Below are positions 53,306 to 64,000 of a stretch of 64,000 nucleotides of DNA, one piece after another. The number at the start of each line of letters is the position of its first letter. Within the stretch, counting starts at the first letter, position 1. The notes beneath the pieces were generated by a model that was not told the origin of the DNA, ran no database searches, and was given only the letters and a program-made list of their open reading frames with translations. The position numbers and the translations under genes are program-made. The DNA comes from Alphaproteobacteria bacterium (lineage in GTDB: Bacteria; Pseudomonadota; Alphaproteobacteria; SHVV01), in contig OZ253470.1 of assembly GCA_965261735.1 (NCBI GenBank), forward strand, positions 3,584,001 through 3,648,000. The letters are read 5' to 3'.

Positions 53306-54410
53306 CTTGCCTATCCGGTTTACACCCACACCCACTAGGGCTAGAATGGGCGCAACCCGGATATAGGGGAGCGCGCCATGGATGTTCTCGACCGCGCCGA
53401 TCTCCCATTCCCGCATTCGCTACCCGAGTTCCAGCGACTTTTCCCCGATGATGCGGCCTGCGCCGCCTACCTGGAGAAAGCCCGCTGGGGAGACGGCTTT
53501 GCCTGCCCGCACTGCGGCACGGCGGGAGAGCCGTTCCACTTTGAAAACCGCCCTGGCGTCCTGCGCTGCCGCAAGTGCCGCCAGAACACCGGGCTGACGG
53601 TGGGAACAGTGATGGAGCGTAGCCACACTCCGCTGAACGTCTGGTTCTGGGCCGCTTATCTGGTCGCCAGTCAGACGCCCGGCATGTCCGCCGTGCAGTT
53701 TCAGCGGCAACTTGGTCTTTCGCGCTACGAGACGGCCTTTCAAATTCTCCACAAGCTCCGCTCGGGCATGGTGCGGCCCAACCAAGACAGGATCGGTGGA
53801 CAGCCCAAGAACCATGTTGAGGTGGACGAAACCTGGGTTGGCGGGCGAACGCGTGGGGAAGGCCGTGGTGTTCACCACAAGGTTCCCGTCTCCTGTGCCA
53901 TCGAAGTGCGTCATCGAAAGCCGGGCACCAAGCTCGACAACCGGAAAGACGGACGCTATGCCGGACGCGTTCGGCTCGCCGTCGTGCTCGACCGTAGCGC
54001 CGAGTCGCTCTGTGGGTTCGTCGAGAGCACCGTCGCGCCGCGATCGCTGATCGTTACTGACGATTGGAGCGGCTATGCTGGCCTCGGTAAGCGCGGCTAT
54101 GAGCACTTCGCTGTTGCCGAGTGTGGTGATCCAGAGGTTGCCGAGCAATACCTGCCGATCATCCATCTGGTTTTCGCCAACCTGAAGACGTGGCTGATCG
54201 GTATCCACCACGGCGTTAGCCACCAGCACCTACAAGCCTACCTCAACGAGTTCACCTTCCGCTTCAACAGGCGGTTCTACCCGTTCAACGCCTTCCGCTC
54301 ATTGCTCGGCATCGCGGGCGACACCTCTGCTCCAACCTATGCCGAGCTTTACTCGGGAGAGTGGCGGCACCCTACATGTAGCGGTCATGGACGTTAACCG
54401 GATAGGCAAG
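53306..54410 (+). mobile_element. IS1595 (ISSod11 group), complete; transposase 53378-54397
   Basis: TIRs present; flanks do not match. Confidence 0.96.
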
Positions 54411-54464
54411 AAACGAGTCAGTAAATAGAAACCGTCGGTGTCTCAAAGTCGTTGACAGGTTCCG

Positions 54465-55125
54465 GAGCGCGAGGCAACGGAGAACCGTGCTCTTGCCCGA
54501 GCCGGGTGCGCCGGAGAGCAGCAACGCGCGCTCGCCTTGCAACAGCCAGTCGTCGAACGCGACCGCAGGCGTCACGGGCAATTCGTTTGGCGGTCTGCGA
54601 AAGTCAACGGGTTTCCCGGGATCGCTGTATTCGTCGAACTGCCAGGCATGGTCGTGCTCTCCGTAGGCCTCGACGGAACCGTCCTCCGGCTCCAGCGGCG
54701 GCTCAAGGAACGGATTGACCGGATCGACATTGGGAAGCACGAAGCGCTTGCGGATGTCGCGCGTATCCCGCCGTGCCGGGTCAACATTCAACCCCGGGTC
54801 CAGTTGCTGGATCCGCGCCTCGTAGATCTCCGCCAGACGTCTCCGCAGTGCAGTCACGCGTTGCACCTCCAGCGGCCGTTTCAGGTTCGCCGCGACTTCC
54901 TCGCCGGCAAAGGCTTTGAGCCAGATCGGACCGAAAAAGTCGTGGATGATCTCCGGATGGGACCTCAGCTTCTCGCTGAGCTGGGTACCGTCCACAGCTT
55001 CGAACACGATGTCTCGTTCAAGAAGCCGTGCGGCCTGTGTTTCGATCGTGTCCTGCAGCGCGGTGTCCGCAAGGCTTGCCTGGACGCAAAGGACGAAGCA
55101 CCGCGCCGACGCAGCCCATTTACCT
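54465..55125 (-). pseudogene. NACHT/STAND NTPase fragment with a nuclease-like N-terminal region
   Basis: LSEKLRSHPEIIHDFFG; LLLSGAPGSGKSTVLRCLAL Walker A. Confidence 0.75.
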
Positions 55126-55580
55126 TCCCCTCTTGGAACCGTCCTTCGGCGATGGCGACTTTCTACTCGCGGCCGTCGAGCGCCTCCTCGCGGCTTGGCG
55201 CAATCTCGGGGAAGCCGTCCCGGCGGCAGCTCTCGCGAACTGCATCCGTGCCGTCGAACTGCACCAGACCTCATTCGAATCCACGCGCGCCAAACTGGCC
55301 CAGCTCCTCCAAGACGCAGGAATTCGTCGAATCGATGCCTCGTCACTCCTCGATACCTGGCTGATCCACGATGATTTCCTGCTCGCCGATTTGCCACTCC
55401 CTGTCCATTTCGTCGTCGGCAATCCGCCTTATGTACGGCACGAACTCATTCCTGACGCGTTGGTCACCGAGTACCGGAACCGGTACAGCACGATCTTCGA
55501 TCGCGCCGATATCTACATTCCATTTATCGAACGATCACTGAACCAATTGTGCGACGGCGGCAAGCTGGGCTTCATCTGTG
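55125..55580 (+). pseudogene. PaeR7I/TaqI-like adenine methyltransferase fragment
   Basis: LLEPSFGDGDFL; VVGNPPYVR; RADIYIPFIERSL. Confidence 0.85.
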
Positions 55581-55750
55581 CGGCTTGAGCAACGGTTGCT
55601 CGCATCCTCTCGAAGCCGTCCGTATGGCTGCTTTCGGCTATGTCGATCACCCCGTGGTAGAGCTCATCTTGGAGATCTCTAAACGTCCCCTCCGGAACTG
55701 TGTCCCGAGCAAAATTCCGTAGCGATTCTGCATGATAGAATCGTTCATGG
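55580..55750 (-). pseudogene. ABC-three-component system C-terminal-domain-like fragment
   Basis: [14 protein letters not shown]...[12 protein letters not shown]...GFERM recognised by eye. Confidence 0.55.
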
Positions 55751-55855
55751 CGGCACCGGGCACGACCCAGAGCGGGCTGTGCCCGAGGCGAAGCCACGCC
55801 CAGAAGGCGAAGCAACCCGAGATCTCGGCGATCGCGCAGGCGACATAGAATGCAA
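55750..55855 (-). pseudogene. ynfA: YnfA-family membrane protein N-terminal fragment
   Basis: [25 protein letters not shown]. Confidence 0.8.
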
Positions 55856-55924
55856 ACGACATCGTTCCGCCCTATAGCGAGCCTATGCCGGCGCCTCGAT
55901 ACCGAAACGCGCGCCCGCGTGCGC

Positions 55925-56269
55925 TCAGCCTTCGACGAGGCCGACGTTGTTGCCCGCGGGGTCGGTGAAGATCGCCATCGTGACCGCGTCCGGTATCTCC
56001 GTCCTCGGCATCACCGTCTTGCCGCCCGCCGCCTCGATCTTCGCGAGATGCGCGTTGATGTCGGGAACCTGAACGTACACCATGGTCGCCGGCGCCATGT
56101 CGCTGGCGGTGATGCCGCCGTTGATCCCCGTCTCGCTCCCGGTTTTGGTGAAGCCGTAGTTCATCGGCTGCATGACCTCGATGTCCCAGTCGAACAACTC
56201 GCGGTAAAACCCGCTGAGTTTGGTCGCGTCCTCGCCGTGAATCTCGAAGTGAACCACCGGATTCCCCAT
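55925..56269 (-). CDS. VOC/glyoxalase-family protein
   Basis: PVVHFEI...FYRELFDW...GINGG...FTDPAGN. Confidence 0.93.
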   Translation of the reverse strand: MGNPVVHFEIHGEDATKLSGFYRELFDWDIEVMQPMNYGFTKTGSETGINGGITASDMAPATMVYVQVPDINAHLAKIEAAGGKTVMPRTEIPDAVTMAIFTDPAGNNVGLVEG

Positions 56270-56385
56270 CGCGCCCTCCCCTATTGTCGTGCTTCGAGTA
56301 TGGCATGGCCGCCCTCCGGCGCAACCGCCAACTTGGGCCTCGGTAGCCGCCCAAGCCAGGCGTTTTCGGCGCCAGTTGTTAAGGC

Positions 56386-57490
56386 CTTGCCTATCCGGTT
56401 AACGCCCATGACCGCTACATGTAGGGTGCCGCCACTCTCCCGAGTAAAGCTCGGCATAGGTTGGAGCAGAGGTGTCGCCCGCGATGCCGAGCAATGAGCG
56501 GAAGGCGTTGAACGGGTAGAACCGCCTGTTGAAGCGGAAGGTGAACTCGTTGAGGTAGGCTTGTAGGTGCTGGTGGCTAACGCCGTGGTGGATACCGATC
56601 AGCCACGTCTTCAGGTTGGCGAAAACCAGATGGATGATCGGCAGGTATTGCTCGGCAACCTCTGGATCACCACACTCGGCAACAGCGAAGTGCTCATAGC
56701 CGCGCTTACCGAGGCCAGCATAGCCGCTCCAATCGTCAGTAACGATCAGCGATCGCGGCGCGACGGTGCTCTCGACGAACCCACAGAGCGACTCGGCGCT
56801 ACGGTCGAGCACGACGGCGAGCCGAACGCGTCCGGCATAGCGTCCGTCTTTCCGGTTGTCGAGCTTGGTGCCCGGCTTTCGATGACGCACCTCGATGGCA
56901 CAGGAGACGGGAACCTTGTGGTGAACACCACGGCCTTCCCCACGCGTTCGCCCGCCAACCCAGGTTTCGTCCACCTCAACATGGTTCTTGGGCTGTCCAC
57001 CGATCCTGTCTTGGTTGGGCCGCACCATGCCCGAGCGGAGCTTGTGGAGAATTTGAAAGGCCGTCTCGTAGCGCGAAAGACCAAGTTGCCGCTGAAACTG
57101 CACGGCGGACATGCCGGGCGTCTGACTGGCGACCAGATAAGCGGCCCAGAACCAGACGTTCAGCGGAGTGTGGCTACGCTCCATCACTGTTCCCACCGTC
57201 AGCCCGGTGTTCTGGCGGCACTTGCGGCAGCGCAGGACGCCAGGGCGGTTTTCAAAGTGGAACGGCTCTCCCGCCGTGCCGCAGTGCGGGCAGGCAAAGC
57301 CGTCTCCCCAGCGGGCTTTCTCCAGGTAGGCGGCGCAGGCCGCATCATCGGGGAAAAGTCGCTGGAACTCGGGTAGCGAATGCGGGAATGGGAGACCGGC
57401 GCGGTCGAGAACATCCATGGCGCGCTCCCCTATATCCGGGTTGCGCCCATTCTAGCCCTAGTGGGTGTGGGTGTAAACCGGATAGGCAAG
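56386..57490 (-). mobile_element. IS1595 (ISSod11 group), complete; transposase 56399-57418
   Basis: TIRs; TSD GTTAAGGC. Confidence 0.97.
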
Positions 57491-57544
57491 GTTAAGGCGT
57501 TAGGAGTATGGTGTTAACTGCCACCGGAGTCTGCGGGATTGAAA

Positions 57545-58951
57545 ATGACCAATTACGATTACGACCTCTTCGTCATCGGCTCCGGCCCGGCCGGGCAGCG
57601 CGCCGCGATCCAGGCCGCCAAGCTCGGCAAGAGGGCGGCTGTTGCCGAGCACAAGGCGGTGATCGGTGGCGCCTGCATCAACACCGGCACGATCCCGAGT
57701 AAGACGCTGCGCGAAGCGGCGCTTCACCTTTCCGGATTCCGCGAGCGCAGCATCTACGGCGCCTCGTACTCGGTAAAAAAGAATATCACGATGACCGACC
57801 TGCTCTACCGCGCCGAGCACGTCATCAAGAACGAGCTGGACGTCACCCGACACCAGCTTCAGCGCAACGGAGTCGAGGTCATTCAGGCGGACGCCGCTTT
57901 CGTCGATCCGCACACGTTGCGCCTCGTCGATATCGATGGGCACGGCGCGCACGAGGTGACCGCGGCCAGCGTCGTGATCGCGGTCGGTACCACAACCACC
58001 CAGGACAGCCATATCCCCTTCGATGGCCAGCGCGTCTTTACCAGCGATGAAATCCTCGGCCTCGACGAACTGCCGCGCTCGCTCGCCGTCATCGGCGCCG
58101 GCGTCATCGGCTGCGAGTACGCGACCATCTTTGCGGCGCTGGGCGTGCGCGTCACGCTGGTCGACAAGCGCCCGCGCCTCCTCGAATTCATCGACAACGA
58201 GATCATCGATTCGCTTGTCTATCAGATGCGCCAAACCCGCATGACGATGCGGCTGGGGGAAGAGGTGAGCGGTATCGAGCCCTGCATCGACGAGAAAAAC
58301 GGCGAGCGCGTCAGCATCACTCTCGAGAGCGGCAAGCACATCACCGCCGAAAAGGCCCTCTACAGCATCGGCCGGACGGGCGCGACCGCCGGCCTCAACC
58401 TGGAGCCGGCGCAGATTTCAAGCGACGAGCGCGGCCGCATCCCGGTCAACAAGAACTACCAGACGGAGATGCCTCACATCTACGCGGTTGGCGACGTCAT
58501 CGGCTTCCCGAGCCTCGCCTCGACCTCGATGGAGCAGGGTCGGCTCGCCGCGTGTCATGCCTTCAATGCCGATGCGCAAAGTGTGCCAGAGCTCTTTCCC
58601 TACGGCATCTACACGATCCCCGAGATCTCGACCGTCGGCAAGAACGAGGAAGAGCTGACCGCGGACGAGATTCCCTATGAGGTCGGTAAGGCTGCGTACC
58701 GCGAAATCGCGCGGGGCCAGATCATTGGCGATTCAAGCGGGCTCCTCAAGCTCCTGTTCCATCCTGAGACGCACGATCTGCTGGGTGTCCACATCCTCGG
58801 CGAGGGGGCCAGCGAACTCATCCACATCGGCCAGGCGGTGCTCGCCCTGGGCGGGCCGATCGACTATTTCGTCAACACCGTGTTCAACTACCCGACTCTC
58901 GCCGAGTGCTACAAGACGGCGGCCTTCGACGGTATTAACCGGCTGGCGTGA
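57545..58951 (+). CDS. sthA: Soluble pyridine nucleotide transhydrogenase
   Basis: IGSGPAG, GGACINTGTIPSKTLREA, GAGVIGCEY, FNYPTLAECYK, GINRL. Confidence 0.95.
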   Translation: MTNYDYDLFVIGSGPAGQRAAIQAAKLGKRAAVAEHKAVIGGACINTGTIPSKTLREAALHLSGFRERSIYGASYSVKKNITMTDLLYRAEHVIKNELDVTRHQLQRNGVEVIQADAAFVDPHTLRLVDIDGHGAHEVTAASVVIAVGTTTTQDSHIPFDGQRVFTSDEILGLDELPRSLAVIGAGVIGCEYATIFAALGVRVTLVDKRPRLLEFIDNEIIDSLVYQMRQTRMTMRLGEEVSGIEPCIDEKNGERVSITLESGKHITAEKALYSIGRTGATAGLNLEPAQISSDERGRIPVNKNYQTEMPHIYAVGDVIGFPSLASTSMEQGRLAACHAFNADAQSVPELFPYGIYTIPEISTVGKNEEELTADEIPYEVGKAAYREIARGQIIGDSSGLLKLLFHPETHDLLGVHILGEGASELIHIGQAVLALGGPIDYFVNTVFNYPTLAECYKTAAFDGINRLA

Positions 58952-58952
58952 G

Positions 58953-60323
58953 TTAGCCGTCGTAGAGTGGGGCGCCCGCGGTAAAACCGCTCCAGGCGAA
59001 CCAATAGGCGATGTGGCCCGGGAGCCGCGCGAGCCGCGCCGCGCCCGCGACCAGCGCCTCCTCCTCGACCCGCCAGGACTCGCCGTCCGCGACAACGCTC
59101 GCGGCGCCATCGGGACCGGCGGCGAACGTGCGGCCGCCGGCGTCATAGGCTCGCACCGTGTGCGAGTCGGCATCGCCGATGAGCACGATATCGCGCTCGC
59201 CGACGCGATCGTTGATCACCCGCCCGCCGGCGAACGCCGTCAGCGGCCAGGCCTTGTCGGCTCCATCGACGCGCAGGGCGAAGACCTGGTCCTTGGGCTT
59301 CAACCGCTTGTCGCCGACGACCGCCGGGAACATCAGCGTGGGGCTCGCGAAATACTCCTTGTAGTAGGCACCGGGCCGGTAGTCGCGCACGTGCCCGGTC
59401 CGCAGCGACAGGACCTTGGTGTCGGGATGGCGCTCGAGCCAGTGGCGCCACTTGGTGATCGCGACCGGCAGCACCTTGAGCACAATCCCCGAGCCGGTGA
59501 GCTCTCCGACCACAGGGCGGCCGGTAAACTGATTCCACAGCGAGTTGGTCTCGCGGTCGTACATCAGCTTGTTGGAGCGGTAGAGAAAGCCCGAGGAGCC
59601 GAACACGAACGGCTCCGCGCGGTCGGGCAGCTTGGTTTCATACAGGATGCCCGACCCACACAGGGTGCAGTAGGCGAGCGCCACCGGAACGCCACCGACC
59701 ACGTCGTTGAACATTTCGTGCGGGTTCATGATGCGCAGCGGATAAGCGCGGGCGTCGCCGTTGATCTGGACCCCGAACACGAGCTCCTCGTCGAGCAGGT
59801 AGTCGGCCTCGGCCGGCGTGATGTGCGGGGGGTTCACCAGCGCCGGGATGCCGTCCTTGACGACGCCGCCCCAGGCGATCTCCTCGAGCCTGATCTCGTG
59901 CTTGACGCCGGGCTGGAGGAAGAGCCGGAAGTTCTCATCGATCGTCGCCATGACGTCGGCCTTGAAGCCGTCGAAACCCTCATACGGGGTGATTTCCGGA
60001 TGGGCTTCCTGCCACAGCATCCAGTCCTTCCAGTCATCACCGAGCTTCTCGCCGGTCAAGGCATAGAGGGAGGCCAATATCCCGCCGCCGTCGTCGCGGA
60101 CGAATCTCATCGACTGGATGAGGGCCGCCACGATGTCGGGATTCCCGCGCGCCCGAAACTGCGCCAGGATCCAATTCCGGGACGCGGGCTCGGCGTTGAA
60201 CATGGCGAGGCGCATGAGCTGATCGACCACCTTGGCGGGCATCGGGGGTGTGGTTTCCGCCCGTGCGGCCGCGAACGCCATAACCCCGACGGCGACGACG
60301 GCCGCCGCCATGATCTGTCTCAT
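58953..60323 (-). CDS. DUF3179-family exported protein
   Basis: Signal peptide; GGVVKDGIPAL, RAYPL, YCTLCGS, SNKLMYD..T.SLW, YWFAW. Confidence 0.88.
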   Translation of the reverse strand: MRQIMAAAVVAVGVMAFAAARAETTPPMPAKVVDQLMRLAMFNAEPASRNWILAQFRARGNPDIVAALIQSMRFVRDDGGGILASLYALTGEKLGDDWKDWMLWQEAHPEITPYEGFDGFKADVMATIDENFRLFLQPGVKHEIRLEEIAWGGVVKDGIPALVNPPHITPAEADYLLDEELVFGVQINGDARAYPLRIMNPHEMFNDVVGGVPVALAYCTLCGSGILYETKLPDRAEPFVFGSSGFLYRSNKLMYDRETNSLWNQFTGRPVVGELTGSGIVLKVLPVAITKWRHWLERHPDTKVLSLRTGHVRDYRPGAYYKEYFASPTLMFPAVVGDKRLKPKDQVFALRVDGADKAWPLTAFAGGRVINDRVGERDIVLIGDADSHTVRAYDAGGRTFAAGPDGAASVVADGESWRVEEEALVAGAARLARLPGHIAYWFAWSGFTAGAPLYDG

Positions 60324-60441
60324 CGGTCTGCCTCCCTTGAGTGGCGTTAAGTATAGGAATGCGGGAAGGGAGCGCAAAAACACGGCCTTTCACGTTGGCG
60401 TGACAAGGTGGGCGCAACCGGTGGAAGGGGTCGGCGGCAGA

Positions 60442-61122
60442 TCAGCCCGGTCCAACCGCTGCGCCCGCCGCGTCCTCCGGCCCGGCGCGTTGATGCAGGC
60501 GCGCGCCCAGCGTTGCCAGCTCCTCCCCGCCCAGCGTTTCCTTCGCCAGCAGCGCCCGAGCGCCGTCCTCGAGGACGCCTCGGCTGGCCTCGAGGATGGC
60601 GATGGAACCCTCGAACGCGGCCCCGATGACGGCACGGACAGCGCAATCGATCTCGCGCGCGGTCTCCTCGCTATAGCGCCGCGGCTGCGGAGTCCATCCC
60701 GGGGGCACACCCAGCAGGGGCGCCTGCTCGGACTCGTAGGCCACGTTGCCGAGCTTCTCGTCCATGCCGTAGCGCATCACCATGCTCATCGCGATATCGG
60801 TCGCCTTGCCCTGGCGGTCGAAACGGCCGGCACGCAACAGCGCCGGGTCGAGGATTTCGGGCCGATTGGTCGCCGCCAGGAGGACGATGCCACCGCTCGG
60901 GTCGAAGCCATCGAGCTCGGCGAGGAGCTGGTTGAGCGTCTGCTCCTTTTCGTCGTGCCCGCCCGACAGGGGGCCGAAGCCGCGCGCCCGACCAAGAGCG
61001 TCGAGCTCGTCGATGAAGATGATGCAAGGGGCGTTCGCGCGGGCCTGCTCGAACAGGTCGCGCACGCGCGCCGCACCGACGCCGACGAACATCTCGACGA
61101 ACTCGGACCCGTTGATCGCAAA
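60442..61122 (-). pseudogene. ftsH: FtsH remnant: 5' cut by IS1595 and internally deleted
   Basis: [47 protein letters not shown] fused directly to KATDIA; the HEXXH region is missing. Confidence 0.92.
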
Positions 61123-63832
61123 GGGGATTATATACCGGAGTCACAATTTCCTATTGCTCACCGCCTTGCGCCATGTTACAACGGAGTCACAATATAGGAG
61201 ACAGAGACATGGCAAACAAGGCACCGGGAAGGCTCACCGCAAGGGTATCTCGCTAATCGAGATCGCTGCCATGTTCCCGACCGATGGGGCGGCGGAGAGG
61301 TGGATTGAAGCCCAGCGCTGGCCCAAAGGCCCGTATTGCCCATATTGCGGCTCCTTGAACGTCCAGGTGGACATCAAACACAGTTCCATGACGCACCGTT
61401 GCCGGGACTGCCCAACCCGGCCCATGTTCTCCCTCAAAACTGGCACCGCCATGCACCGCACCCAGCTCGGTTATCGGGAATGGGCCATCGCCATTTATCT
61501 GCTGGCGACCAATCTCAAGGGCGTGTCGAGCATGAAGCTGCATCGAGACCTGAACATCACGCAAAAATCGGCATGGTATCTGGCCCATCGGCTTCGCGAG
61601 GGGTGGAAGGCCGGAAACGGCGGCATGTTCTCTGGGCCAGCAGAGGCCGATGAGACGTACCTCGGCGGGAAGCGGGCCAACATGCCTAAATCCAAGCGGA
61701 AGGCGCTGAAGGGTCGCGGAGCCATTGGGAAGACGGCGGTGGTTGGCGTAAAGGATCGGATCACGAAGCGGGTCCACGCTCAAGTTACCCCTTTCACAGA
61801 CGCAGCAACTCTGCAGTCCTTCATCCACAATCATGTCATGAGGGGGGCTGAGGTGTACACGGATGAGCATGGGGGATACAGGAATCTTAAGGGTTTCGAG
61901 CATGCATCAGTCAATCATAGCGTCGGCGAATACGTCCGAGGCATGGCGCACACCAATGGGATCGAGTCGTTTTGGAGCATGCTCAAGCGGGCGCATAAGG
62001 GCACTTTCCACAAACTTTCGGCCAAGCATCTTAACCGCTATGTGACGGAGTTCGCGGGCCATCACAACGATCGCGAGTATGATACGTTGGCAATCATGGA
62101 GCGGATCGCGTCGGGGCTGTCCGGCAAGCGGCTAGGGTGCGAGTCTCGCATGGCAGTGATGTCTGCGGCTTGGTTCGTTGAGTTCAGGCAGCGATTGCCA
62201 TGGCTGCTGCACGTGGACTGATGTTGTCGTTGGCCGGTGTGTCGGTTGCGCTGATCAGGGCCTTCCATGCGCGCTCGAAGCGGCCGGATTTGATCAGGGC
62301 GCGGAAGGTCAGAACAGCCTGTCCGCCGACGATCCGCCAGCGCATGCCGGAGCGCTTCATGCGCTGTGTCACCAGGGATCTTGTTGGCAGCCTCGACCAC
62401 GCCTGAGCCGATGGCGATGCCCTCTTCCTTCAGGGCGTGGTAGCGCATGCGATGGCGATGCTTGCGGAAGAAGGCGAGTTCCCGCTCGGTCTCGGCCCGG
62501 TCCGGCGCAGCGGCGGCATCGCGAAGGTGGCGCAGCGCCCGGATCACCTTGGCGACGCCACGGGGATCGTGACGGAGGATCTCGCGGTACTTCTCGAACC
62601 AGCCGGGCGCCACGGCATGGTCGGACGCGGTTTGCAGATGTTCGCAAGCATGCCAGAAGTCGATCACCTCGGTTTCGGGCGACAGGGTCTCCAGGAAGGT
62701 CCAGTTGTCGGCGGCGCCATCGGCGATAGCGACGATCCCGATCTCGGGGCGTGCTCGCCTGATGTGTGCGACTTCGCTTGCAAGCTGCGCCTTCAGCGTG
62801 AGCTTGCCGCTCTCCGGCATGGGGCCGAGATAGAGGGTCTTCAGGCGCTTGCCCTCGGCGTCGTGGAAGGAGACCGTGCCGCAGGCGGCCTCGCGCCAGG
62901 AGGCCTTGGCGCGACCGTCCTCGCCGGGTCTCAGCGGCACCATGACGCCGTCGAGGGAGACCGAGGCGGTGGTCGCGTCCTGCGGTATGCCCTCGGCCTC
63001 ACGGATGCTGCCCAGCGTCTCCGGGCCGAGGCTCTCCCAGCATTCGTGCATGCTCAGGGTCAGGCGCTCACCGACGGCGTCATGGCGCCGGTCTTCGCAA
63101 AGAACGCCGCCGCTTCCCGGGCCGTGCAGCGACCCATCATCAGCAGACCGAGCTCGGCCGCCGGCCGCGTCAGGTAATCGTCGACGAGGCCCAGGCTCTC
63201 GTCGACCGGCACCGGCGATGCCCCGCTCGCGCCGCTGCGGTAACGCGCTCGCCGGTAGGCGAGCGAGGTCATGATCGTCTTCGGCGTCACCGCGACCCGG
63301 AACCAGCTCTGCCCGTCCCGCTCGATCCGGGAAGCGCCATCGTCCCGGTTCTCGATGACGGCGCCCATGACATCGCGAGCGAACTCGTTCGTGGCCTCAC
63401 GCACCCGCAACTCGACCTCCTCGGGCACCTCGGGGCGCGGCTCGGAACGAAGCTCCTCGCGACACAGTGCGAGCACCCGGGCGGCCGCCTCGACGACCCG
63501 AGGAGGCAGGCCGGAAAGATCGATGGACGAAGGCGCCGGAGGCGGGGATACTGCCATGGGAATGCTCCCGATGTTGGGTTTCGAGACACGGCATCGTACC
63601 GCTTCTGGCGGTGCGGAGCGTTCCCACCTTCCCCTGCTCGACCCTGCCGTCGTGACAAAATCCTGCCTTGGAGCGGCCCATTGTCACGAATAGCCGTTTT
63701 CGGCCGTTCGTCTCGACACAAAAACCGCACTAAATCAATGACTTGGATTTTCCATACCAGACCCACACCCGGCGGCTACGCTATAGAGACCTAATCGCCG
63801 ACAATGGGCTGGACTCGGGAGCGCGGGCGTGA
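61123..63832 (+). mobile_element. IS1595 (ISNwi1-like), frameshifted and interrupted by the ISKra4-like element; right end not seen in the window
   Basis: Left end GGGGATTAT; [22 protein letters not shown]; C-terminus RYRDLIADNG resumes at 63779. Confidence 0.88.
62135..63770 (-). mobile_element. ISKra4-like element with multiple frameshifts
   Basis: Imperfect TIR GGGTGYGRGTCT; TSD AGCGGCTA / GGCGGCTA; SLDG, ADGA, DFWHACEHL, IGSGVVEAANK. Confidence 0.87.
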
Positions 63833-64000
63833 ACGGCCCCAACTGGTCTAACCAGACGCTCTGGACAGGCGACAATCTCGACATCATGCGAGGCATGAAC
63901 AGTGCCTCAGTCGACCTGATCTATCTGGACCCTCCTTTCAACTCCAAAGCCGACTACGCCGCCCCTATCGGATCAATGGCTGCCGGAGCAGCGTTCAAGG
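63829..64000 (+). CDS. N4/N6 DNA methyltransferase N-terminus; runs off the right edge
   Basis: TLWTGDNLDIMRGMNSASVDLIYLDPPFNS; GTG overlaps the transposase stop (GTGA). Confidence 0.88.
   Translation, partial: MNGPNWSNQTLWTGDNLDIMRGMNSASVDLIYLDPPFNSKADYAAPIGSMAAGAAFK

Noticed and set aside
54430-54463. Possible end of another IS (GGAACCTGTCAACGACTTTGAGACA on the minus strand)
   Set aside because: No partner end or transposase in the window, so it cannot be supported.
1-64000. CRISPR array, rRNA or complete tRNA gene
   Set aside because: No regularly spaced repeat-spacer units or rRNA-like sequence seen; the repeats are IS copies, and the only tRNA-like piece is a 3' half.

Overview
GC-rich DNA, probably alphaproteobacterial (a GAAC-N7-GAAC SOS box is present; the autotransporter-like and C1q-like genes hint at a host-associated, possibly sponge-symbiont lineage, which is inference only). 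By my count of element spans, roughly half the window is insertion sequence: IS256 (two types), IS1595 (three types), IS110/IS1111, IS3, IS21, IS1202/ISNCY-like and ISKra4-like. These are often nested, and many have readable terminal inverted repeats and 8-bp target duplications. Between them lie a few intact genes (recQ, HU, topB start, betC, core methionine synthase, sthA, higBA, an ABC solute-binding protein, VOC proteins) and many fragments of ICE/plasmid genes (traA, traG, integrase with a tRNA-fMet att remnant) and defence genes (RM, CD-NTase, NACHT, ABC-3C), often joined directly to one another. The strongest signal is a four-copy IS1111-type element. Its 3' non-coding region folds like a bridge/seek RNA whose two target guides (CCGAACG, GTAACCG) spell exactly the reconstructed insertion site CCGAA-CG-GTTAC at 25-26 kb. 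The element also sits at the catalytic motif of the resident IS256 in three copies, and one copy appears to have made a 1043-bp off-target deletion. All calls come from reading the sequence; no searches or folding programs were run.
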